A DNA stretch of 64,000 bases from an uncultured Candidatus Poseidoniales archaeon. Lineage in GTDB: Archaea > Thermoplasmatota > Poseidoniia > Poseidoniales > Thalassarchaeaceae. The stretch is from positions 19,248 to 83,247 of the forward strand of contig CAJJBW010000003.1 in the NCBI GenBank assembly GCA_905182515.1, given 5' to 3'. A program made the position numbers and the translations under genes. The notes beneath the pieces are model-generated. The model saw only the letters and a list, made by a program, of their open reading frames with translations. It was not told the DNA's origin and did not search any database. This document shows, piece by piece, positions 1 through 8,024 of the stretch (position 1 is the first letter of the stretch; the number at the start of each line of letters is the position of its first letter).

Positions 1-632
1 GATGTTCCTCCATTAATATCTACACTATTTGAAATCTCATTTGACGCCCAAATACTAGGTGCTTTATTCTGAAGTTCAAAAGCAATCATATTATTTGCAA
101 AACCAGCTTTGGCAAATATTCCTCCATAATCAATTCCAGTTGCAAGTCCTGCAATTAATTGAGTATTGTATAATATGTTGACTTGAGTTACTTCTGTGTC
201 CCCGTCCATTGATGCATGTTCTGTACCTGAATCATCGGTCCATACACAAGTTGAACACCATTCAAAAGAGTCATATTCGGAGTAAGTTATGGTGCCCGCA
301 ACTTCATCAAAATCTAAAATTTCTTTAGTAGTGGTGACAGTGTAAATAAATGGTCCCATCTTTTCCAGTTCAGGAATATCTCCGACTTCCAAGTTTTCGA
401 CATTAGTTATACTGTTTGCAAAGTATGTTCTTTCACTAGTTTGAACTAACCAATCATCATCGTCACTCCAATCTATTAATTCATCTCTACCGTCACTCAG
501 AGTATCTCCAACTCCAGAAATTACTCCTTCTGTTGCTATTCCTGATATTATTGTTAAGTTGAGAGTTGGAAGCAATAATCCAATCACAATACAACCAACC
601 GCTATTATTTTTACACTTAATCGTTCGCTCAT
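1..632 (-). CDS. CD36/scavenger receptor class B-like membrane protein (partial; runs off the left edge)
   Basis: Manual translation from ATG at 632: MSERLSVKIIAVGCIVIGLLLPTLNL (TM)...WLVQTSERTYFANSITNVENLEVGDIPELEKMGPFIYTVTTTKEILDFDEVAGTITYSEYDSFEW...DTEVTQVNILY. No stop in 210 codons. Absent from the ORF track because it is incomplete. Confidence 0.7.
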   Translation of the reverse strand, partial: MSERLSVKIIAVGCIVIGLLLPTLNLTIISGIATEGVISGVGDTLSDGRDELIDWSDDDDWLVQTSERTYFANSITNVENLEVGDIPELEKMGPFIYTVTTTKEILDFDEVAGTITYSEYDSFEWCSTCVWTDDSGTEHASMDGDTEVTQVNILYNTQLIAGLATGIDYGGIFAKAGFANNMIAFELQNKAPSIWASNEISNSVDINGGT

Positions 633-776
633 TTTTTCACACCTTCTATTGGGTCCAGCGTGTATCTATGGATAAATACGCACTATCATAAAGTATGATT
701 AATGCGGTAAATCAAGACTTGTTAAAATTTTCAAAAAAGATAAAGTTCATGACATTCGGTATAGGGCGGGACCATA

Positions 777-853
777 GGACCCGTAGCTCAGTTGGTTAGA
801 GCGCTCGGCTCATAACCGAGTGGCCATCGGTTCAAATCCGGTCGGGTCCACCA
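777..853 (+). tRNA. tRNA with CAT anticodon, most like archaeal tRNA-Ile2 (agmatidine-type); elongator Met not excluded
   Basis: Acceptor GGACCCG/CGGGTCC; anticodon arm CTCGG-CTCATAA-CCGAG; T-loop TTCAAAT; discriminator A850; CCA at 851-853. Confidence 0.92.
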
Positions 854-927
854 CAAATATTTGCAAAATAAGATGTTTTTTGTACATATCATAAGAAGTA
901 TAAAATAAGGTTCGGGAAAGCCAAAGG

Positions 928-1869
928 GTGATGAGTTCGTCCTTTAGAACTGCTATGATGCTAATTGGTGTCTATTTCCTCAGTACATTATCTGGTGTTG
1001 CTATGGTCCAAGCCCAAACTTCTCCTGAGATTTCCTTGGATTGTCAACAACCACAAGCAATTGACGTTTTCCCTGGTTCCACAAGAACTACTATTGTGTA
1101 TTGTTCTCTTACAAATCCTACTGCTGTTTCAGAAACAGTGAAATTAACTTATCAAGGCGGAATTCTTGGTGTCGCCGGACCTGGTTCGAAGTCGGTTTCC
1201 GGAGGAGGGACTGCTAGTTTTGAAGTTGCACTTAGGGCTGAATTAAGGGCACCAGAAGGTCAACAAGTTGTCACCATTACTGCTGAAGTCATTACTTGGG
1301 GCGGAGGGCCTGTAACGGGAATTTCAGAACCTGTGGAGAGCAAAGTCCTTGCAGTTTACAAACAATTTAGTAGATTGAGAGTTGGCGCCGAGCTAGCATT
1401 TTTACAACTAAGGCCAAAAGTTGATTATATGTTACAATTCGATGTTTATAATGATGGTAACGCTAGAGATAAATTCAATGTAGAAGTACAAAATTATGAT
1501 GAATTAAATGATGCTGGTTTCCAACTCAGTATCCCTTTATTGACTGATGAAATAGATTCCTTAGCGCCTCCAACAAAATTCCGTGTACAAATGAGAACTC
1601 CTAAAAACCAAGGTTGGACTGATCAGTATTACAATCTACAATTTAAAGCAACTTCTGAATTTTCAGTAAGAACTGAAGGGATTCCTAATTATCAAGTCCA
1701 AAGTATGACTATTTATATCCGAGGGGTATATTTGCCAGGATTTGAACTAACTGGAACTATGATGATTACTGCATTAGCGGCAATAGCTCTAGTCGGTAGA
1801 AAAGATACTTCAAGGGACGAAGATATTGAATATTCTGAGTTAGAACCAATGGATTCTCGGTTATTCTGA
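928..1869 (+). CDS. Choice-of-anchor T-like surface protein with PGF-CTERM-type sorting signal
   Basis: Signal peptide, Ig-like beta-rich body, C-terminal YLPGF followed by a TM helix and GRK. Confidence 0.7.
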   Translation: MMSSSFRTAMMLIGVYFLSTLSGVAMVQAQTSPEISLDCQQPQAIDVFPGSTRTTIVYCSLTNPTAVSETVKLTYQGGILGVAGPGSKSVSGGGTASFEVALRAELRAPEGQQVVTITAEVITWGGGPVTGISEPVESKVLAVYKQFSRLRVGAELAFLQLRPKVDYMLQFDVYNDGNARDKFNVEVQNYDELNDAGFQLSIPLLTDEIDSLAPPTKFRVQMRTPKNQGWTDQYYNLQFKATSEFSVRTEGIPNYQVQSMTIYIRGVYLPGFELTGTMMITALAAIALVGRKDTSRDEDIEYSELEPMDSRLF

Positions 1870-1958
1870 AGTTATCTATATTTGAACAGACTTTGAAGAG
1901 ATTTATCAACGGGTTGATAACCTAATGTATTTGTGAGATTAATTGCGAGGCGTATTAA

Positions 1959-3251
1959 ATGAGTGACGGTGGACTTCTTCAGAAAGCGTTGGAACAACAA
2001 GAAAAAGACAATTCAGGGAATAATGAATTAATGGATGCTAAAATTCCAGTATCTTCAAATACTCAAAAATCAGATGGCAATCATACTCTGAATATAAAAA
2101 ATATGCCTTCTTTAAAAAAAATCGGACTATCGCTAGCACTCGGGGGCTTACTGCCTCTTGTGGTGATAATGTGGTTTGGAATATATTTGATACCTGATGC
2201 TTTCCCAATTACTATCATAACTCCTTTGATTTCAATCATTTCTTTAGTATCTGTGTGGGTATATTTAGGCATAGGACTTCCTTCTAACTTCGGTGGCTCG
2301 GGAATTCATATTATTCCTGCAGTAATTGTGACAACATCATATTTATTCATGCTTCTAATGCCTGCAATCATGGGTATGCTATTGGTGGGAGATATGTCAA
2401 TAGGAGATGTCGAAATAAATGATGAAGGCACGGAATTAGAAGTCAAGATACGTCAAAACGGAGGATCTTCGTCTCCTATTGATGCAGTTGTCGTAATAGG
2501 CACATACTCTCAAACAATGCAATTAAAAATAGACAAATCTGATGGCTATGGGGATTATGGTAAATTGTTACTGCCAATCTCAGATTTTTACTCTGGTAAT
2601 GCGTTACCCTCATCTGATTATATTTTAGAAATAACAATTGAAGATAAGACAATGTCTACTATTTTAAATTCTAAATACCTATCAAGGACTATCGACGATG
2701 TTCAAAGCCATACGAACGGAATTATAAGTGAAGATTCCGATGATTGTGGTTCATTCGATAATTGTGTAATCGGTGTTTCTTTGGTTTCTTGGGCTGGACT
2801 GGATTCAAATGACCGTCCCGCAAGTTTGCCACTAGCAAATTATAATTTATCTGCCACGTTGTTCTATGAAAATGGGAATACGGCAATTGCTTATCCAACT
2901 GTATCAGTAACTGGTAGTCATTTGGAGCCCTTTGCAGTAGCATCATGGGATTCCAATTCTGGAGAATTTGGCTCAGGAAATTATGTAATAGGGGATTATG
3001 GATCAGAACTCCCTCTGCAAGGTTCTACTGAAGAGCCCAATTTTGGAGGTTTCAAGTATGTTCCAAAAGATCAATGGGAAGAATCACGTTATGGCTGTTA
3101 TTATTTTGTAGTTGAAGTTACGCAAGATAATACGTGGACTAATGAAGAAATTGTTTCACATACTTCTTACTATAATTATATCGAAGAAACTGCACCTGGG
3201 GAAGGCGGCGGTTCAACTGAATCGTGGGCAGTATCTTCAGATCCGTGTTAA
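1959..3251 (+). CDS. Hypothetical membrane protein (3-4 TM helices, then an acidic extracellular domain)
   Basis: 430-aa ORF; hydrophobic segments at about aa 55-145; its stop abuts the stop of the convergent ABC ATPase. Confidence 0.75.
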   Translation: MSDGGLLQKALEQQEKDNSGNNELMDAKIPVSSNTQKSDGNHTLNIKNMPSLKKIGLSLALGGLLPLVVIMWFGIYLIPDAFPITIITPLISIISLVSVWVYLGIGLPSNFGGSGIHIIPAVIVTTSYLFMLLMPAIMGMLLVGDMSIGDVEINDEGTELEVKIRQNGGSSSPIDAVVVIGTYSQTMQLKIDKSDGYGDYGKLLLPISDFYSGNALPSSDYILEITIEDKTMSTILNSKYLSRTIDDVQSHTNGIISEDSDDCGSFDNCVIGVSLVSWAGLDSNDRPASLPLANYNLSATLFYENGNTAIAYPTVSVTGSHLEPFAVASWDSNSGEFGSGNYVIGDYGSELPLQGSTEEPNFGGFKYVPKDQWEESRYGCYYFVVEVTQDNTWTNEEIVSHTSYYNYIEETAPGEGGGSTESWAVSSDPC

Positions 3252-3986
3252 TCAATCCCATGTTGAGAGAAATTTTTGCATTCTTTCTGTTTGAGGGTTG
3301 TCTATTATGTCACTCCCTCCTTCTTCTGCAATAATTCCTTGATCCATATATATAATTCTGTCAGCAACATCTCTTGCAAATCCAATTTCATGTGTGACAA
3401 TTACCATCGTCATTCCTTCATCAGCTAATGAACGTATATTTTCTAATACTGAACCTATCAATTCGGGGTCAAGAGCACTAGTAGGTTCATCAAAAAGTAA
3501 TATTTCTGGTTTCATTGCCAAAGCTCTAGCAATTGCAACTCTTTGTTTTTGACCTCCTGAAAGGTTACCTGGATATGCATCCTTCCTATCTAACATATCC
3601 ACTCTTTCTAATACAGAAAGAGCAAGGTCTTCTGCTTCACTCTCGCTCATTCCTCTGACATGGATGAGACCAAGTGTTATATTTTGTAACACCTTTAAAT
3701 GTGCAAATAATTCAAATGATTGAAATACCATTCCTATTCTTGATCTAATCTCATTTATATCTACAACTGGGGTATTGATTCTGTTTCCTTTTAGCATCAC
3801 GATTCCCTCTGTGGGCTCTATTAATCTATTTATACACCTTAATACCGTCGACTTACCGCTTCCAGAAGACCCAATTATCGCTACAGACTCTCCTTCATTG
3901 ACATAAAATGAAACTCCTTTTACTGCATGGACTCCCCCTGGATAAATTTTATGCATATCTTTAACATTTAATACTTCTTTATTCAT
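3252..3986 (-). CDS. glnQ: Polar amino acid ABC transporter ATP-binding protein (GlnQ-like)
   Basis: Walker [16 protein letters not shown]-loop, signature [25 protein letters not shown] switch. Confidence 0.92.
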   Translation of the reverse strand: MNKEVLNVKDMHKIYPGGVHAVKGVSFYVNEGESVAIIGSSGSGKSTVLRCINRLIEPTEGIVMLKGNRINTPVVDINEIRSRIGMVFQSFELFAHLKVLQNITLGLIHVRGMSESEAEDLALSVLERVDMLDRKDAYPGNLSGGQKQRVAIARALAMKPEILLFDEPTSALDPELIGSVLENIRSLADEGMTMVIVTHEIGFARDVADRIIYMDQGIIAEEGGSDIIDNPQTERMQKFLSTWD

Positions 3987-3995
3987 AAAATAACC

Positions 3996-6356
3996 TCATA
4001 CGATTCCTAAACCCGGGATTTTTGTCTTTACTTCAATCCTTCTAAGTATTAATGCTAAAGTCCAAGTAACTACAAAATATGATATCATTACCATACCCCA
4101 TGTCCATGTAATTTGAAATGTTATTGCATTTATCAACTTACCTTGCCTGGTCAACTCGGTGTATCCTATGACCATGGCTAATGATGAATTAAGAACAAGA
4201 TTGACCATTTCATTACCAAGAGGAGGTATGCAAATTCTTATTGACTGAGGTAAAATAATCAATCTCATGGTTTGTAGATATGTCAATCCTATGCTTCTCC
4301 CTGCTTCCATCTGTCCAGAAGGTATTGCAGCTATTGCTCCTCTCAGGGTTTCACATTGATATGCCCCTGAATTCATGGCCAATGCACATATTGCACTCAA
4401 ATATATTCTATCGCTGAATATATCTGCTAAATACGGGATGTTATCGAAAATTCCATCTGCTGCATTTTCTATTCTTTTTCCCATTTCAATGCCGAAATGT
4501 AAGAAAAGAAATTGTACAACCAAAGGAGTATTCCGGAACATATCGGTGTATAGTGTCGCAAGTGAATTCAACGGTCTCAATTCCCATGGCTTAATTACGA
4601 TTTTTTTATCTTTCAGATAAGGAATCTCAACATTTGAATACTTCCCATTACTGGTTAATAGTAATAATCCTGGGAATGTAATAAATATTCCCAAAATAAA
4701 ATAAGAAAATGCCATTGGATCTCCAATAGGAGCAAATATATATGCCACGCCAGATAAATCCAATTTTTTAAATGAAATTACTGATTCAAATATCATAGCA
4801 AAACCTCCTCTTATCTCCATCCCTCTAATATTTGGAATTCCAACGATATAGGATAATCCTAAAATACGCGTCCACAATAACCTTCTTTCTGAAGAAATTA
4901 CCAATCCGAAAAACCCTTCTTGACCAGATAATTCTTCTGAATAATTATTATTATTTACAAATTCTATTAATTTAATTATCAGAAGTAAGGTAATTATCAC
5001 TAATACCGAAAATAATATATTTTCAAATTGTCTTGTTAATAAAACTGAAAGTGGCAACATGAACCATGAAAAAAATATTACTCTTTCCAAATGGCTCTCG
5101 AGCATGTCCTTTAATGATGTTGGGGCTGTTTTCAGCATGGCCAATGTTATTCCTATTATGAACCCAAATAAAATACCAAAACCAACGATTTTCATTGTTG
5201 CTATCAAACCATCAAGCATCCATGAAGAGTACTTATCTGCAAATTTACCAAATTTATTGAATTCTTCAATTTGAAAGCCCAATGTTTGATCCAATCCTTC
5301 TGTACATCCATCCTCATTAATTCCAGTGACTAATATAATTCCCTGGCTACCAGATAATACTCCGCAGAAACCATCAATCATTTCTATGTCGTATATTGTC
5401 CAATTCATCTCTAGTGGAATTAATGAAATATTATGTTCTTCAACAGTATTACCACCATCTTTGCTAGTTGCAATATAATTATTAGTCCCCGTTATTATGA
5501 TTTTTAAAGGGTTAATGACATCAATATTCACAATTTGAATATTATTATCTGGAAGTTTTTCTTCTGTCACTAGATCCCATTCAAAACCTATGCTAGTTTC
5601 TAAATTTCTAGACACTAGTATCCGACCTTCTTGTGTTGTTGCATAAGCTTTTGAGTTACTGAATAATTCTATTGAAATAATGTTTGAGTTTTTTATTGCA
5701 TCTGGCGGAGTAATAATATCCCAAGTAACTCCTTGATCTATTGTTGTTAAAATTAAACCATTATTTCCAACTATTATTCCATTCTGGCCATTATTATCAT
5801 CTATGAATGATATTGAATTATACTGCATTGAACCGTTCATGGAGATATTTTCCCATGCATCTCCATCATAATTCCATAAGGTACCTTTATCTCCAATTAC
5901 AAAAAAATAATCATCAGATGATATTGCTATATCTTTCAAATCTATTGAATTATCAGGGATAGACAAGTCTAACCATTCTGAAACACCCCTTTTTATCATT
6001 ACTAGGCCATTAGATCCTGCTATGGCCAAATTGCCATTTAGGTAATCTGATGATGTTAAATTTTCATTAGTTATTGAATCAAAAATATTCCAATTATGGC
6101 CCTTGTCGTCACTATGCATCATTAATCCAGATTCACCAAATCCCCAGACTTCATTTCCTTCTGTGGATATTACATTTAGAATATCTAATTCGGTATCTGT
6201 AGTGATTAATTCCCATCCACTCTTCTTGCTACTTTGCCCCTGTGCTTGTGTTGAACAAATTATTAATAATGTCAATGAAAATACTATTATTAGGCCCCTA
6301 AGGGTATTTTTTTTTGATTCTTTAGAATCAAGACATACCCTAGACAATTCACTCAC
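3996..6356 (-). CDS. Polar amino acid ABC permease (HisM/GlnP family) fused to an N-terminal YCF48/BNR-like beta-propeller
   Basis: C-terminal FRNTPLVVQ, NSGAYQCETLRGAI and EAA loop GQMEAGRSIG; N-terminal repeats such as GESGLMMHSDDKGHNW, GNNGLILTTIDQGVTW, TSKDGGNT. Confidence 0.85.
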   Translation of the reverse strand: MSELSRVCLDSKESKKNTLRGLIIVFSLTLLIICSTQAQGQSSKKSGWELITTDTELDILNVISTEGNEVWGFGESGLMMHSDDKGHNWNIFDSITNENLTSSDYLNGNLAIAGSNGLVMIKRGVSEWLDLSIPDNSIDLKDIAISSDDYFFVIGDKGTLWNYDGDAWENISMNGSMQYNSISFIDDNNGQNGIIVGNNGLILTTIDQGVTWDIITPPDAIKNSNIISIELFSNSKAYATTQEGRILVSRNLETSIGFEWDLVTEEKLPDNNIQIVNIDVINPLKIIITGTNNYIATSKDGGNTVEEHNISLIPLEMNWTIYDIEMIDGFCGVLSGSQGIILVTGINEDGCTEGLDQTLGFQIEEFNKFGKFADKYSSWMLDGLIATMKIVGFGILFGFIIGITLAMLKTAPTSLKDMLESHLERVIFFSWFMLPLSVLLTRQFENILFSVLVIITLLLIIKLIEFVNNNNYSEELSGQEGFFGLVISSERRLLWTRILGLSYIVGIPNIRGMEIRGGFAMIFESVISFKKLDLSGVAYIFAPIGDPMAFSYFILGIFITFPGLLLLTSNGKYSNVEIPYLKDKKIVIKPWELRPLNSLATLYTDMFRNTPLVVQFLFLHFGIEMGKRIENAADGIFDNIPYLADIFSDRIYLSAICALAMNSGAYQCETLRGAIAAIPSGQMEAGRSIGLTYLQTMRLIILPQSIRICIPPLGNEMVNLVLNSSLAMVIGYTELTRQGKLINAITFQITWTWGMVMISYFVVTWTLALILRRIEVKTKIPGLGIV

Positions 6357-6465
6357 TAAATCCCGATTGACACTTAGAATATAGAACCCTCGTATGATAA
6401 TTTATTAATTTAATTTCTATTGAAACATCAGTAATGTTAATTTCCTTAATTCCTTTCAGACGGCC

Positions 6466-7377
6466 ATGGGTGAGTTAATTTACCAAGGAAAAGTAAAAGA
6501 AGTTTGGAGTACCGATTCTCCAGATGTAATTGAATTTAGATATACAGATCAAATTAGTGCTTTTGACCAAATTATCCCAAGTCTCATCCCTAGAAAAGGA
6601 GAATCACTAAATCGTACTTCTGCTCACTGGTTCAAGATGGTCGAAGAAGCAGGTATTTGTGAAACTCACGTTATCAGAGTAAATGCACCTGATAGGATAC
6701 TAGCACGAAAATTTGAGGTAATACAAGAACCCGGTGCAATTGACAAGGATGCTGAAAATGTATTCGTACCTTTAGAAGTAATTTGTAGACATTATCTAGC
6801 TGGTTCTGGGTGGAGACGATACGAGCGAGGAGAGGCAGACGCAGAAGAGTTTGGATTTGAAAAAGGCACAAAATTATCTGAAGGAATAAAATTACCACAA
6901 CCATATCTTGAAGTATCTACTAAATTTGAACCATTTGATCGTCTTTTGGATAGGGAAGAAGCCCTCTTGATTTCCAATTTAACTGAACAAGAATTGGATA
7001 GTATCTTGGAAATAGTCCTCAAAATTGATGAAATAATAAATAAAGAAGCCCTTTCAAGGGGATTAATTCATGTTGATGGGAAAAAAGAATTTGCACTTGG
7101 GAAAAACCGAGTTCCTGTATTAGTTGATTCATTTGGGACTTTAGATGAAGATAGATGGTGGGATGCCGAAGCTTATGATAGAGGGGAGATAATACAACTT
7201 TCTAAAGAATCAGTACGTCAGCATTATCTTGACACTGGCCATCATGATGTACTTTATGCTGCTAGGAAAAATGGGAGTGAAGAACCTCCTATCCCCGAAC
7301 TTCCTCAAGAAATCATTAATGCTACTTCTAAGTTGTATTCTGATATGTTTGAGCGCCTTACTGGGTCACAGTTTTAA
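6466..7377 (+). CDS. purC: SAICAR synthetase
   Basis: YQGKVKEV, TDQISAFD, IPRKGESL, PLEVICR, VDGKKEF, DEDRWW and SKESVRQ motifs. Confidence 0.93.
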   Translation: MGELIYQGKVKEVWSTDSPDVIEFRYTDQISAFDQIIPSLIPRKGESLNRTSAHWFKMVEEAGICETHVIRVNAPDRILARKFEVIQEPGAIDKDAENVFVPLEVICRHYLAGSGWRRYERGEADAEEFGFEKGTKLSEGIKLPQPYLEVSTKFEPFDRLLDREEALLISNLTEQELDSILEIVLKIDEIINKEALSRGLIHVDGKKEFALGKNRVPVLVDSFGTLDEDRWWDAEAYDRGEIIQLSKESVRQHYLDTGHHDVLYAARKNGSEEPPIPELPQEIINATSKLYSDMFERLTGSQF

Positions 7378-7380
7378 GAA

Positions 7381-8007
7381 TTATGAATGTTTCCTCATCA
7401 AAATTCCACATCCCCTTCTTTCTGCAGATTTTAATATCTTAACTAAATTTTTAAATATTTCTTGAACTCCTCCGTCGTAAGTTTCTTGAGCAGAAACTAT
7501 CCATCTTCCTTTCTGGATATTGGTTTTTAGTTCACTAACTTCTTCTAAACTCAACCAGCCCATAAGTTCCAATCCTGCTATTCCTTTCTGATATCCTTCA
7601 ATTCCTAAATCCTCTTTTGATAATCCATTCATAAGTTTGTAAAGCAATTCATGTAATCTACTTTCAAAATCTTCCTGTGATGTATATTTTAATAGATATT
7701 TTATGGCATTCCCATCAGACGTCGGGAATCTGCCTATCCTCTCTTTTGCATTATTTCTATCTAATGGAATCGCTCCTCCTCCATCTTCTTGCCAATCTAA
7801 AGAAGATATGAAAAGCATGGTCGCTCTATCTAAATTAGATTTCTCACCTTTCTTAAGATTGGGAAAAGATTTTTTCCTATCTATTAATTTCATTAAATCG
7901 TCATGTTCTCCTTCTATGCTCATTTCTATTGAAGGGATTAGTTCTTCAACATCTATTTTCAATGGATCAAAAGTATAGAATGCACTAGTGGGTAAATATT
8001 TATTCAT
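7381..8007 (-). CDS. Hypothetical protein
   Basis: 208-aa ORF filling the gap, codirectional with and 17 nt downstream of the 1898-aa ORF; no motif recognised. Confidence 0.7.
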   Translation of the reverse strand: MNKYLPTSAFYTFDPLKIDVEELIPSIEMSIEGEHDDLMKLIDRKKSFPNLKKGEKSNLDRATMLFISSLDWQEDGGGAIPLDRNNAKERIGRFPTSDGNAIKYLLKYTSQEDFESRLHELLYKLMNGLSKEDLGIEGYQKGIAGLELMGWLSLEEVSELKTNIQKGRWIVSAQETYDGGVQEIFKNLVKILKSAERRGCGILMRKHS

Positions 8008-8024
8008 TGAAACGCCATCTCTGT

